The notes: a model not told the origin generated them from the sequence alone. Shown: positions 1-14,830, numbered from the stretch's first letter. The stretch is 64,000 bases of DNA from Octopus vulgaris (GCA_951406725.2 OX597831.1:82398001-82462000), one strand, 5' to 3'. Translations and numbers: made by a program.

Positions 1-289
1 CACTCCAGTTCGAACCTTATTATATCTGGTCATTTAAAATCAATCTTAAATCATTTACAATGGATTTCATATTAAATAATATATTTTACATCAATCAGTT
101 TTGTTTGTACTAACTGAAGGCTTTCAAAATTCAGCTATGAAATTCTCTGTCACTGTCTCCATGATATAAACGGCTATAAGGCACCATATTTAATATATTC
201 ACAAGAAAAGCCCTATATCTGACTGGTAATCCCCATTTCTTTATTAATCAACTTACAATGATTATTCAGATCTAATCTATTCGTTATTT

Positions 290-1250
290 GTAATTACATT
301 CTACACAACTTGTTACAATGTTTGTCTCTTTGAAATCCCTACATTGATTGAAATCAATACTTCTTAACCCTGTCATCAAACTTAATCCTTTCAAATTCCA
401 TCTAAACATCATCAATTTTATCGATTCCCCTCCACCCCCATTCTGACCCCCTGATTGTAGAGGAACACCTTATGGTCAAGTGTCTCCCTCCTTTGAAAAC
501 ATTAAATATATTTATATTTGTGACAAAACTATTGAAAAGGTTGCAAGATGCAACGAAAATTTTAGGAAAATAAAAGTAAGAAATAACTGGAAATTTTACT
601 GGTGAGTGTGTTACATAATAAGGCACAAAAAGAAAATGACTCTCCCCAGACACAACGGAATATGCTTCAACACATGAACTCATATAAAGAATCTTGCAAA
701 CCAAATCCAAAAACGAAATACTTGTGACAATTATATAGGAAAATACCATGTATGACATTATGGAAGTGACTCTATACTATCTGTTTTATGTCTGGAACAA
801 TCCTTGGCTCTCTTTGATATATTTGGTGGATTTGGGGTAAAAATGTAATAACACTGGTAGGATTCCTGATTGTTGAAAAATATTGGAAAGAAGAATTGGG
901 GAATAATATAACATGAGATAATATTGGGAAGATGGAAGAATGCTGCAGATATATTTTGTGGTGTTATATAGAATAGAACAGTTTCCATTGACAACAAAAT
1001 TCAATTTGTCTACATTCTACACAATTCTAACAAAACTCTCTTCCATGATGCCAAACTACAAGAGTTAATAATTGTAAGAAAGTTTCAAAGAATGGCTGTA
1101 AGTTTGTGCTTAAAAATCACTTGATTCCTCAAATTGTTTTTGGCATGTGATTTCTGCGATAATTATTGATTACTAGGAATGGAAAATATCTAAGAATGGA
1201 ACCAAGTCCATTTTTAAGGAAATCTAGCAGACGATATGAGAACTATAATA
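290..1250 (+). mobile_element. Degraded interspersed repeat, probably a Penelope-like element remnant
   Basis: The ~525-700 segment recurs at 26452-26620 and partly at 25248-25350 and 25470-25520. It contains a gttgc-aagat-gcaac-GAAA stem (540-558) reminiscent of pLTR hammerhead remnants. The Penelope assignment is inference. Confidence 0.4.
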
Positions 1251-1844
1251 ATATTTGTAGAACAAATAGCTTGAGTAAAATAAACTGAGCTGGTAGTGGT
1301 CATGGTGGTTGTATAGAATTGGTGGTGGTTGTAGTGGTAGAGGTTACAGGGTTGGTGGTGGATGTAGTGTGGTGGTGGTGGTGGTGTTTATAAAAGTGCT
1401 TATAGTGAAGTGGTGGGATGGTAATATTTAGTGACAGCGATGATAGTAGTGGTGGTGATAGTAGTAGTAGTATTGCTAGGAATGGGGTGGTGGTAGCAGT
1501 GGTGCTGGTTGTAGTTTTAACAATCCCAAAAGATACATCAGCCATTTATTATTCAAATATCCACAATATTCAATGGTAAACGTTATATGAATGTTATTGT
1601 TATTATTGGCCTTGAGCCGAAATCAGAAACCATTCTCTTTTATTACATTCTCTTTTATTTATGTGTTATTCAATCAATACGACCGGTTGCAAGGCTTTCA
1701 GATCACAATCATAGACTTCTCAATAGAGTTCAACATTCATTAGCTACTGTACTCTATAGGAAGCTATATCTTACATTAGAGCACAGTGACATACATTCCA
1801 CAGCAGAGTACAATGACATTTAGTATGTATCACTATAGAATGCC

Positions 1845-2159
1845 GTGGAGGCGCAATGGCCCAATGGTTAGGGCAGCGGACTCGTGGTTGTGGGATTGCG
1901 GTTTCGATTCCCAGACCAGGCGTTATGAGTGTTTATTGAGCGAAAACACCTAAAGCTCCACAAGGCTCCGGCAGAGGGTGGTGGCGATCCCTGCTGTACT
2001 CTTTCACCACAACTTTCTCTCACTCTTTCTTCTGTTGGCCTGCTCGTTTAGCCCGTGGGGTGGCATTATTTGAAGGCTAAAACAATGTGAAGCGCATTGT
2101 GACCAGCGATGTGTAACAACATCTGATAGCCTGGTCGATCATGGTGATAGTCACGGTGG
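1845..2159 (+). mobile_element. Full-length tRNA-derived SINE (OK-like) with 12-bp TSD
   Basis: A-box TGGCCCAATGG and B-box GGTTTCGATTCC. Direct repeat ctatagaatgcc at 1833-1844 and 2160-2171. Confidence 0.9.
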
Positions 2160-3949
2160 CTATAGAATGCCATACCAGGGGGACAAGCACAGTTTGGCCA
2201 CACAGAAACACACTTTTAGCTTGATTATTTTCCTGTCAAAATACATTTTTCCATGGAAAATTATATACATTTTGAAAGTTCAAGATGTGAACTTTCTTCT
2301 CAAAGACTTCTGATCAACATCCAACATTTACATATCAAGCCAGGGTCCCAGGTACTTTAACCTATTCACAAGGTTGGTCCCTTTTTTGACAGCTGAATAG
2401 TAGCTCCCATTCTAGTGCAATGTGCTGAAGTGATATCACTCAATTTGTGTTGAAACTCACGTAGTCATGAAGAGAGGACATCTTTTTGCTTTTTTCCAAA
2501 TATTTAGTTGGAGCAGAATGTTAAGAAATGGACGTACTAACCACTAAGTAAACACATGTTTCTATAAAAACAATGTACTCTATGGATGTACTCTATGGAG
2601 TCTTCTAGAGCCCAAAATTAGCATTGGACTCGTATTGAGAATGTTGTTTATTCTCTCTCGCTGTTTTAACATGTGGAGAGTGAGGTCTAAATTTTACTTA
2701 AAGGATATTCTTGTACATGTAAAATTTGGTTTTCTTTGTGAAAAATTGGTTAAATTTTGCCAATAGGAATTATGAATATTATTCTGTAGATTATTAAAGT
2801 CAGATGTGGTGTATATCTTTTGTTTTTCCGATTTTGAATTTACAGTTGGACAATTTATGGTAGTGTTTGCATATTTGTTTTGGGGTTTTTTTGGTTTTGT
2901 TTCTCCTGATGAGGAATTTGCAAATGTTTTTGATGTCTTTAATTTATATATTTTCAACCTAAAACAAGGAACTAGTTTTCAGATTTTGTTTGTTATTTAA
3001 TGAAGGTCTACATGTAATTCTGAGAAAGGTACCAGGTGGTCATTGGTTGTGCTAGAAACAACAGCTAAACCTCCCTTAAATCACACACCTTTCCATTTGA
3101 AAATATTTTCAATTTTCTCTTTTTTTTAAACCAAAAAAGCTTCTCCCATCGTTTTTAAGTGTATAGCACAAAACAAATTGGTCTGAGGGTTGGTAGAGGG
3201 AAGAGAGGGGATGTTTGGGGAAAATATTTTTTTCAAAAATTTTTTTCTATAAAAAGCTTCTTTCCCATCCTTTTCAAGACTGCAAGGAACAATTAATTGG
3301 AAAAATCCCCATCAAATTTGGAGAAAATTCGATTTATGTTGGTGTTCTGCACTGAAACTCCACTGTTTATAGTCATGTCCCAAAATCTTGAGATTTATTT
3401 ACAAATGAGCTAAAATTCAAGTCCCTGTGCTTTGTACATTTGGATTCAGCTGGGTCTGAAAACATCACAAAACTAACTGGCCGTTACACATAACAAAATA
3501 GGCTTTACATAAATATTTTTTAAATTGTTGAAACAAAATATTTCCATTCCAAAAACCTGTAAAAAACATAGGCAACTACTATACCCCCATGGTCACTATA
3601 AATTTGTGTAATTTGTAGATGATTATCCCCTCAGTTTCAAAGATATGACATCACAAAGACGGCTAATTATTCATTTAGGCCAATGAGGCAAGATTTTGAC
3701 CAATCCACTGACCATTCAAACCATCATATTTCCTAAAATATTCCTCTGAATTTCACAAATGAAGTATCAAAATGTTTCTTTTTGGATGCTCTCCAAGAAA
3801 AAGTAGAAATTACATTTAAATATTTTAGAAAACCTTTAGTGATACCTACATGTAGTCCAAAACAGAGTAAGACATACCACTTCACAGTAAAGGAAACATT
3901 TTCTATCCCATCAGAGTTGTATTTAATGTTGTATATAAATCCTGAATTA

Positions 3950-4131
3950 TTACACCTTGTTGGTGACATACAAAGAGGACCCAGTCCATGCTGGACTAAT
4001 AAAGGGATTAGCTGTAGAAACTCAGATTGGTGCTTGGTGCAGCCTTCTGGCTTGCCTGCCCTCAGTCAAACCATCCAACCCATGCCAGCATGGAAAGCAG
4101 ATGTCAAACAATGGTGATGATGACGATGATG
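3950..4131 (+). mobile_element. 3' fragment of the (ATG)n-tailed SINE-like family A
   Basis: gctgtagaaac...ccaacccatgccagcatggaaag...(atg)n, shared with the copies at 10760, 21516, 25525 and 62362. Confidence 0.75.
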
Positions 4132-4244
4132 ATTAGCCAACCATACTGCTGGTTTTATATATTATTGTATTATTGTCTCCTGTCTGCCACTAACCACTCA
4201 CCTATGAAGTAGGGACTCGTAGAACCTATTTAGTTCAGACTGGC

Positions 4245-4337
4245 AAACTGGATCAAGCTAGTTAGGTACCTTAGTCATGGCCGCACAATCAGTCAAACAA
4301 ACTGGATCAAACTAGTTAGGTCCTTTACTCATGGCCA
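4245..4337. repeat. Short imperfect tandem duplication (~55-bp period)
   Basis: aaactggatcaagctagttaggtaccttagtcatggcc and aaactggatcaaactagttaggtcctttactcatggcc. Confidence 0.8.
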
Positions 4338-4754
4338 TAACACAACAGGCCTTACTAGTAAGATTGGATTTTACAATCACAATTAAAGCAGAATTTTAAT
4401 CTCTCAACTAGTTTGATCCTGTGCAAAATGCTGTTGTGATGTTCTGCGAATGGTGCTAATAGAAAAAGGACAATGTTTGAAATTAATTAAATAAACTAAT
4501 TAGCTACTAAATATAAATGACTGAATTAATTGCCTCATTCTAAGAGTTTTCAAGATCAGCTCTACAAGTGATAATTTATCATTCAGTGAAACCGATTTTT
4601 AGATATTGAGTGATTGTTAAAGATATCTAACATATATTTAGTGATCTGCTGTAATGGAGACTGTAACACAAATGAGTTTATTTTAAAAGAAAGGAGATGT
4701 TAGTATCTGAAGAGGAATAAAAGGTGCCAAAGTGACACAATTGTTACGGTGCCA

Positions 4755-4940
4755 ATCAAAATGCTTGATGGCATTTTTTCCATCTTTGCATTCTAAGTTT
4801 AAATGCTGCTGGGGTTGACTTTATCTTTCATTTTTTTGTGGGGAGTCAATGAAATAAGGGCCAGTTGAGCACTTGGGTTGATGTTGTCAACATACCCTTT
4901 CTTTTGAAATTGATGACCTTGTGCCAAAATTTGGAACCAA
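4755..4940 (+). mobile_element. Degraded OR1/Meta-like SINE
   Basis: aaaatgcttgatggcatt...gttgactttatctttcat...cttgtgccaaaattt, similar to the copies at 7305 and 46292. Confidence 0.65.
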
Positions 4941-5484
4941 TATCTTAATAGGAATATAATTATACCTCACAAGGATTTCTAAAATAAGCTCACAAGGAGA
5001 ACACAGCTGAAAAAAATGCCCCCAGTACAAGGTGGATAGTTGTTATATTGATATTTTTGGTGAATAAATGAGAAATATGAACACAAGTGAAGTTAGAAAA
5101 TAGACATGTAACACATGACGGCAAAGTACTCAATGGGTCAGAGGCATTGAGATATGATCAGTATTTATCCTGAGATAAGATTATCTAGTCTGTTAGTTGC
5201 TTTATCTGAGAGTTTAGGAATATGGTGCCAACTGCTTAAGTATTCTTAATATGGACGTTTTAAACTCAAATATCTATTTTTAAAAGTTTTTTCTCTTTCT
5301 GTAGCTCAATCAACTTCCGTATCCTTAGTAGAATCTTTTATAAGGTGAAAGTACTAGATTACTGACCACAACCTCACAGGATTAAATCCTACTGTAGCCT
5401 CTACAAATTTCATAATTCTACTTTCTCTTTGTCCAGCTGAACAAATAAGTTTTACCAACCAATGAGCAAGCCTGTATACTAGTA

Positions 5485-5652
5485 ATATCAGCTAAATCTT
5501 CCTTGAAGAACACCTTACATTTTGATAAATAACAAAGGCACTGCATAATATAATCCTAGACAGTGTCTAAATAAAAGACCGTATGACCATGACTGTCATA
5601 CCTTCAGATGTAGTTGATCAGGGCTGACCAAGGGTTAAAAAAAAACAATAAC
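5485..5652 (+). mobile_element. Unclassified (CAA)n-tailed repeat family B; other copies near 8045-8185 (-), 12155-12325, 23258-23420, 51430-51560, 55190-55285, 62130-62250
   Basis: Shared motifs agaaatagcagccaaatct, gtcctagatacac and gggctgacc...ggggttaaacaacaac. Confidence 0.65.
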
Positions 5653-6331
5653 CAGTTTCACTTCAAGGTTGAACAGATAGTGTTAAGAAGGGCTGCGAAA
5701 ACAATTTCTCCATTAAATAAGTCATCCATGTTGACTTGGTCAAATAGATGGAAAATATTAAAAGAAAATATTTCTCTTCAAATAAAATCAAACAAATAAA
5801 ATTTCAGTTGTTTTAAACAAAGCCATTTTAAGAATCAACAAATTGAATTGTTTTTTTCTATTTACACTGTTTGCCGTCAATTATTCCTTGTTATCACGGA
5901 TATATATGTGTTTTTCAAATATTTTTCATATTTAGATGTCCATTTTCCAGCTAACTAAACTGTATTAAGAGTGGAATCAATTTTATTTTTAACCTTAAGC
6001 ATGAAAATTCTCCTCTCTCCATCGTACATGAAATTATTTAACTGATATTTGCTCACAGTGACCAAAATTAGATTCCTTGAATTCTAATTATCTGGTTTTT
6101 CAAGTATTCACAGAGTTATGTTTCAAGCTATGAGCTCCACATAAAGGGCTTCGGTAGAACCGAACCCCTGACCAATGTATCTAGGGGTGCAGTGATTTGG
6201 TCCAGTTCACTAATAAACAAAATGAAAATAAGCAAACAAGAAAAACAAGTCCCAAACTCACAGTGAGGAATTCAGTTTTCTTATTTGAACAACAACAAAT
6301 AGTTTTAACATTACATAGTTGTGTGGTTACA

Positions 6332-6365
<34 letters not shown>

Positions 6366-7182
6366 ATTCTCTGGGTGTGCCATTCTAAAAAGACATTTGC
6401 CTGTTGTCTGTAAGTGAACCACATGTAACAGCATTGTGGAAAGAGTTATAAAAATATTGTCTGCAGTTTGATAATAATACTTCCTTGAAATTGCTGTAGA
6501 TTTTAATATGAGAGAGAGAGGGGGGAGAGAGAGAATAAAGAAAGAGGGGAAGGGGGAATCTTGTGTTAATGTTTTTATCTTAAATGTAACATCAATAATG
6601 TTGGTTACTTGAAAAAAAAAAATCACAACAGAGAAGAGTTGAAGGAATTTGGCAATGAGGTGAACTGTTGTATGGTTGAAGCTATTAAAGAAAACTAAAA
6701 AATGGCACAAATAAAGAAATATTGAAAGTAAAATGCCTTTAAAAAATCTCCTTTTGGAAGCAGTTTTTTGAAAATAACTAGATCAATATGAGAGTAGCAT
6801 TGCCAATATTATTGATAGTCATAGTAGATATGTCTGTCTGTCTGTCTTTCCACTCAATATCTCGGCGGCAGCGGTGATAGGAGAGAACTTATAAACTTTA
6901 GCAGTTCTTCCTTGCAGGTTAAAAGTTTTAAAAAATGTTTTTGGAAGAATCAAAAGTCAAATTAGAAATGAAAGAAGAATAAAGAAATAAAAAACCCAAA
7001 TGGTACCAATTGTATTATTAATAACAAAGTAAAGATGGTGAAGTTTCTACAGTATTGGTAAATAGGGAAAAAATAACCAAAACTACATGGGAAATAAACA
7101 TAAACAAATTTTGAAGTTCAACAAATTAAATTTCTTTTTCTAAGACAAGCATAGATAGAGCTAACAGGAATATTATTCCAAC

Positions 7183-7525
<343 letters not shown>

Positions 7526-7526
7526 T

Positions 7527-7678
7527 TCTATGCTGGCATGGTTTTTACAAAAGCTGGTGAGGCTGGAGAGCTGTACCCGGCTCCAATGTCTGCTTTGGAA
7601 TGGTTTCTATGGCTGGATGCCCTTCCTAATGCCAACCACTTTACAAACTGTAGTGGGTGCGTCTTATGTGGCACCAGC
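7527..7678 (-). mobile_element. Family A fragment
   Basis: ggctggatgcccttcctaatgccaaccact...tgtagtgggtgc. Confidence 0.7.
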
Positions 7679-10600
7679 AAGACAAAGAGCTGAGTGAGGG
7701 AGTGAAATCAAGGGAAATAGCTGTGTGCCGGGTGAAAGGTTACAACATAACACAGGGACAGGAGTAGTTGTCTCACTACAGAGGAGATACTTGGCTACCC
7801 CTGTAGGACAAGGAAGGATAAGAAATGGTGGGTGGGGGGGGAGGAGAGAGAGATAGACAGTCAGTCAGAGTGAAAGAGAGAAGTAAATCCTACTCAATCT
7901 TAATGTCTATTTCAGTTGGAAATGTGAGGACAAAATCTTCAATACAGCACTAAAACTGTGTCATCTTTGAAGCCAACTTTTGTCAAATCTAAACACTAGG
8001 TTTTCTGGATCTGTTTTTCAGCTTTTTAGGCTCAGAAAATCTTTTGCTGTTGTTGAGCAAAGTAAAGGCATTCCAGCCATGGCCATTTTTCCTTATCGTC
8101 AGGGATAGTGTATCTCTGACTACATCAGCCAATGGCCTACCTTTTTTAATAGCTAGAAGGATATTGGAAATTTAGCTGCAATTTCTAAGTGATGTCCATG
8201 TTGGATATATTTAGTATATGTTACAGATTATAGCTTATGTAAAATTATATAAGCTATAACACTTGGTCAGTTTTGGTCCAGTTAACTGGTACAATTAACC
8301 ATTTAGCATTCAGACTATTAAATGTAATGCTTATTTATTAATGTTGCTTTGAATTGATCATGCGTTATCTCATAGCATCAAGATTTTGATGACGTGATTG
8401 TTCATTTTTAGAATGGCATTGTAGGGTGGGTGTGAGAGGCTGGATCTGACTGGTTTGAACTTAAAACAGCTTCAGGTCAGATCTGACTAGTTTAAATGCT
8501 AAAGGTTTAAAGCAGTAATCATCCAGTCTTTTATTCATAAATATTATAAATTGAGGGAGATTTAGACACTATTTCAAGCAGGTTGAGTGCTGCATAGATT
8601 CTTTTTTTTTTTTGTTTTTCTTATTAGTTTGGGAAAGCCTTTATCCTCATCTGATGTAAGAACTCCCTAGTGAAACATTTCCATGAATCCAAAGCACCCC
8701 ACTATCACCCCACCATTGTTTACCAAACAAGAGAAAGAAATGTTGTAAATATATTTGTGAAATAAACATTATGCTAATGAATAAAGGAAATTCTATTCAA
8801 AGAGTTGAATTCAATTATGGACAATTTATTTGGTGAAAATGTCGTTAGTAAAAAAATGGTTTTAGGAATAAATTTCTGTTTGTTTTTGTGGTTTCTGTAA
8901 TTTATGTTAACAAACATTTTGAAAAATTCTTTGTATGTCCTTGTGATGGTGTTGCTGTTGGTTTAATTGGTTAACTGTTCTGTATTATGACAATAAACAC
9001 ACACACACTTTTATTGAGATATCAACAATTTAGAAATGTAATTAAAAAAGAACCATTAAAGTCGAGAGTTAAATTATCAGATATTTAATTTCTCTCTCAT
9101 TATTTTTCTGCAATTTTTTTGTCTGTCTGCCTCTCACTCTGCTTTCCTCGGTCTCTTTGTCCCCACCCTCCCTTTTTCCTACACACACACATGATTTTTG
9201 TGACCAACCCCAAGCTGAAACATGCTGTATATACTCATACACTACATACAACACTTCAAGCACACAAAAATGTCTACATGCACGTTAATGTATATGTATA
9301 CACACATCAATGCATAGATATATACACTGACTCTCGCTTCGCTTTCTACGTGATTCAAACAAACTATAAACTTGGAATCAACAATCTGTATTTTCAACAC
9401 GTTTTCTCCTCATTACTGAATATTGTTCACTGCTTTTTTTTTTCTGGCCTTCCTAACCACATGTGGGAATTCATGTAGCAGTAACATGCGGCATCAACAG
9501 AATTATTGCAACAATTTAGTGACTGAGTGAATGAAATATTAGATTAGTAACCAATGAGCTGTCAGTTTATATGTAATGTAACTGATCGATATTGTGTTTG
9601 TGAACAAGACACTTGATTCTACATGCCTTATTCAATCTTTCCCTCCAAAGTGGACTCCAGGCTTTTCTGGAATACTTTCTGTTAATAAAGTAGAAACTTT
9701 TCACATGATGAATACAACAGAAATCAGAATTAACTGTAAGTTCTAGGAATTTGTGTGACTCATGAATGGATTTCTCTTTTTTGGTTGGTACCTATTTGTT
9801 TCTAGACTATACTAGTAACGGTTGATTAGTAGACAGAGAGAGAGAGTGGAACATGAGGAAGCAACAAATTAATGTCTTACATCTTCAGATTTATAAATTC
9901 CCAGGTGAAACAGTCATAGCTAACAGTGCAGAAGGGCATCCCCGTTCTGTATTACTGGTACATCATAGTTTAATATAAAGACTGGAAGCACAGATTTATA
10001 TTTGGACTAAGGCTCTTTACTGACATTTCACAAACACACTATTGAAGACTAGCAAGTTAGCTTATGGATGTAAATTAACAGATGGAAACCTCATTCTTGA
10101 AAGCTTCCACAGAAACTATACTTCACTCTTTTTCTTTCTCTCTTTCAGAATTGTAATTTATCACAACATTACAGTCCATTGCAGAATAAACCTATAGGTT
10201 TTAATGACTGCTGTAGGCCTTAACATACAGTGCTGGCTAAAATCTCTAAATATATTATATGGGCACAGTAGAGTACTGTAAAGATTCTTTTTTTCATATT
10301 CATATCTGTCGTAACAGCTTGATTGTATGTAATAGAATGATGTAAACAGCTTGTCTATATGTAGAATATCTTTGTGAATAGTTAAAGAAGGAAACAGATT
10401 AGTTCCAATCCTGTTTTGGATTTTCATCAGTGACTGAACCCTACTTTTTAACTATTCACTGAGACCCTGTCCATTAGAGGCTGGAGTAAATCAGAGCATT
10501 TTGTTGTTCAACAAAGAGGATACACATTCTCTAAGGCAATCCCAATGCAAGATTCAAAGTAATCCAGCTAATCTCTCTTTCTCTTTTATAATCAGCGTTT

Positions 10601-10759
10601 ACATGTGCGTGTATATATATATATTGTAAAATATACAGTATTTATAATTTGTATTCAGGTAGAGTGTTTACATGCATCTATATAATGTATAATATATGTT
10701 GCTTATATTGTATAATCAGACTCTTTTTACGTATATAACCAGCCCACTTAAAACTACCT

Positions 10760-11174
10760 TGGATCGTAGGGTGACATGTTATGCTTGTGGAGACCTATTG
10801 AGTCAAGTACATCAACATCAAAATCAAATCAAATGGAAATTGTAGTTGTGATACCCATGCTGGTGGCACGTAAAAAACACCATCCAAACGTGGCCGATGC
10901 CAGTGCTGCTATGACTGGCTTCCATGCCAATGGCGCATAAAAAGCACCATCCGATCATGGTCGATGCCTGCTCCTCTGGCCAATGTGCCAGTGGCATGTA
11001 AAAAACACCCACTACACTCTCGGAGTGGTTAGCGTTATAAAGGGCATCCAACTGCAGAAACACTGCCAGATCAGATTGGGGCCTGGTGCAGCCTCCGGCC
11101 TTCCCAGTCCCCAGCCAAACTACCCAATCCATGCCAGCATGGAAAATGGACATTAAACGATGATGATGATGATT
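10760..11174 (+). mobile_element. Family A SINE-like element with internal repeat units and (ATG)n tail
   Basis: Repeated gtggcacgtaaaaa(g/a)cacc motif, then cactacactctcggagtggtt...catccaactgcagaaac...ccatgccagcatggaaaatggacattaaacgatgatg. Confidence 0.85.
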
Positions 11175-11666
11175 GTACAATATCTATTGTCTATATTGTA
11201 TATCACACAGTGTGTTACCAATGTCTCTATCTATTGTATAACATATAAAGTTTATATATTGTATAATCAGACAGGGTGTTCAGAGCTGTCTGTACAGTAT
11301 TGGCTAAGAGTCTGTGGAACCGTTGTTTAGTTCAGTAATACAAGCATTGCAGCCCATTAATGTTAACACATCAGTGATTGATTGATTCTATTGCAATATC
11401 AATAGAAAGTGGTCGTAACTACTTTTGTTCATTAAACTAAAATATGACAACACTGCTTGTGTGTGGACGTTCGTTTCTGCACCAGCCAGGGAGACACTTG
11501 TAGTTTGTTCCAGTTCCATCAGACTTAATAAGATAAAAAATATATATTTCTATTTTTAGGATTGCAATCTATTTTAAGTAACCTTTCGAAAAAAAATCTG
11601 GAACTTCTTCACCACAGATTCAACAGTTTGTGGTAGATAGTGTCAATGTGTTGAGGTATGTGGAAT

Positions 11667-11667
<1 letters not shown>

Positions 11668-11710
<43 letters not shown>
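11668..11710. repeat. (AG)n microsatellite
   Basis: Direct reading. Confidence 0.95.
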
Positions 11711-11713
<3 letters not shown>

Positions 11714-12491
11714 TGCTTTTACTTAAATACTGGAAGTAGAAAACTCAAAATGTTAATTCTTTATCCATGTTTAATATCAAAGACAACAGTTAGGATTCAT
11801 TATCTTGTTTTGGTTTTAAACCTGTTGTTGCAAATATTCAGTTGCTATTCACATATCTCAATCTTCTAACAGCTTCTGCAACGTTCAATAATCACAGCTC
11901 TAACATTACTACTACCACCACCACCACCACCACCCCCTCCTCCTCCTCCAAATTCCAGGTCATATGTCATTTCTAATATACATCCTTAGTAAAATCTCTC
12001 TGAAATCATTGACCATCACATTTAAAAAGAAGTGATGACAGTAACACATTTTGATCCGAAGACTGATTATAAGGAGTTGGCCAAGGGCTGAACAACAACA
12101 CCACCTCAAAAGCTCTGATACCTGCAACTTAGTGAGGGAGCTTCTGTACTTTTCCAATCAGCTAAAATTAGCAGCCAAACATCTGAAAAACAAGTTGTAC
12201 AACCTCAAGCAGAGGAAGGTTACAGTAGATAATATAGTTCTAAATGATCTTAAAGGATGGTCACAGATGCAATGTGTTTGGTCTTTGATCACAGCTGATC
12301 AGGGTTAAGCAACAACAACAACAACATGCTCTGATACCTCCCACCCCACCCATTCACCTAACAAAATGACACTGTAGAAGTAGTAGCAGTAGTAGCAGCA
12401 GCAGCAGCAGAATGTCGGAGCTAGAGTCAGCAACGACAGAATTAAATCTGTCAATAAAAGTGAGCGAAACAAAGAAATGAATATATATATA

Positions 12492-12528
<37 letters not shown>

Positions 12529-12684
12529 CTTATATCAACATTCATATATTATATTATATTAATAGTATTCCGTTCACATTCTGCCATAAACTTTGTACAT
12601 TTCACTCAATTATTGCTGCTTTGTTGTTATTTTGTTACATCTAATATTATTTTTGCTTTCATCTTGTGCTTCAATGAATATATA

Positions 12685-12820
12685 AACATACACACACACA
12701 TACATACATACATACATACACGCACACATACAGACATACATACATATACACATACATACATACATACATACATACATACATACACGCACACATACATATA
12801 TACATACATACATACATATC
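12685..12820. repeat. (CATA)n/(CA)n compound microsatellite
   Basis: Direct reading. Confidence 0.9.
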
Positions 12821-13671
12821 ACATATGTGATATTATAAATATATATCATAAATGGGATGTGTATATTATATATGAGTTTATTTCGTTAGCTGATGCCTTC
12901 TGCCATTAGCTCAAGATTCCCAAATGTTCCCTCAGTTGTACAGTTATGTTGATCTCGACACCAACATGGCCGTACGATTGAACATTCAGGCAACTTGAAG
13001 CTGTGGGAGAAGGCATTAACTGGAATTAGTATATACTCTACATCATGTATTGAGTGCTTTTAGTTTTTCTCTTCTTCATTATAAACGATATCTTTGTGTA
13101 AGTAAATGTGTGTATGTGCAAATATAAATAAACACACACAGACACACACACCTATATGTATGTTATATGCACATGTGTGTATGAATAGATATGTAGCTAC
13201 CAACATGCACAAATATATGTGTGTGTGTGTGCATATCTATGCACACACACACACACTGCATTTTAACACTAATCATGTTATATTTAAAGAAAGTTCTAGC
13301 TTGTTAGTGTCACTACACATGCAACGTATGTGTGTGTGTGAGAGAGAGAGAGAGAGAGGCACATGTATAGGGGGCATCAAAGCCCATTGCATGTACACAC
13401 AAACATTCCCAACACTCATACACAAACAACTTCAACAATAAAATAAAACTATATTATGTCAGTCAGTTCTAATGGCTTCGCAATGGAAACTGTTTCTTTT
13501 GCAATATTTAAAAAAGGAAATAAAAAGTAAGAAAAAAAATCTCTACAAAATGGCAAATTTTATTCCCTGTCTTATCAATATAGAAATCTACTTCAATCAC
13601 CCACCTCCAGCTTATTCCAGGCACTGCTTTCTCATTTCTATAAGGTAATACCATAACAAATAATAATAAGC

Positions 13672-13715
<44 letters not shown>

Positions 13716-14392
13716 GCTTATATATTTATTTATATATTTATCTATAAAAATATATACATATATATGATGACGATGATGATAGATATATTTATATTATTAT
13801 TTATATATACATGTATATTATACATTTATTTATACACACACACACATATACACCTACCTATATTAATACATATATGAATTTATGTATTTATTCATATGAA
13901 TGTTTGTATATAGGAATTAATACAGCAGGGTGGCACTGTAACAAAAAAGCATAATGCAATAATATACATATACATACAGTTGTATATACATATATATATA
14001 TACACTCGCAAATGTATATGTCTGTGAGCATGTTAAATGCCTAACAAATATTTAAGTTGGCATGAAATGGCATCACTAAACTCCAAACCAGAAATCAACG
14101 TTGGATAATAACGAATTCAAACTGAAGAATTATGACAACAAGCATTGCCAGTTTCAATAACTTTCATTACTGCATTTCACATTAATGCTGCTGCTGCTGC
14201 TGCTGCTGCTACTACTACCACACCACCACCACCACCTCCCACCCCAATAATATTGCTGCTGCTTCTGCTGCCGTTCTTGCTTAAATAAATTTATTAATAT
14301 TTTCAGTTTCCAGAAATGTTTTCTGCATTATTGGAATAATTGAAATAACCAAAACATTGAAATAATAACTATGTTATAGTATTGGCATGGCT

Positions 14393-14409
14393 CTGTGTGT
14401 GTGTGCATG

Positions 14410-14450
<41 letters not shown>

Positions 14451-14540
14451 GTACATATATTTATGTACATATAATTATGATAATAATAATGTGTGTATAT
14501 GTATGTATATTTATGTATTTGTATATGTGTGTATATACAA

Positions 14541-14572
<32 letters not shown>

Positions 14573-14643
14573 ATGTGTATATATATATGTATGTATATAT
14601 ATGTGTATATACATATGTATGTGTGTATATATATGTATATGTT

Positions 14644-14676
<33 letters not shown>

Positions 14677-14728
14677 GTATGTATATATATATGTATGTAT
14701 ATGTATATTCATGTATGTATGTATGTGA
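14393..14728. repeat. Compound CA/TA/TG microsatellite tract
   Basis: Direct reading. Explains the overlapping H/T/Y/I/C/V-rich ORFs. Confidence 0.95.
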
Positions 14729-14791
14729 CCATGTGTGTATCGTTGGTGATTTTTTCCCTCCGTCTTCCTTTCCTTGGATCTTTCCTTTTCC

Positions 14792-14830
14792 TATGTTTCT
14801 GACGAAGAGCTCCGCTTGAAACGTTAAATC
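14792..14830 (+). ncRNA. Minimal hammerhead ribozyme-like motif within a Penelope-type terminal repeat fragment (~14730-14930)
   Basis: CTGACGA (14799-14805), a, gagc-tcc-gctt stem II, GAAA (14818-14821), and a palindromic aacgtt stem III as in minimal PLE hammerheads. Confidence 0.6.

Noticed and set aside
1845-1920. Possible tRNA gene (also heads at 46292-46522 and 58153)
   Set aside because: These tRNA-like heads continue into SINE bodies, two with TSDs, and show no convincing cloverleaf or terminator.
4966-5006. Candidate next CASK exon ending in ...CCTTGTGAG|gt (PCE)
   Set aside because: The upstream sequence does not encode the expected RxxRGSITFKIVPSY, and the frame and donor context are poor.
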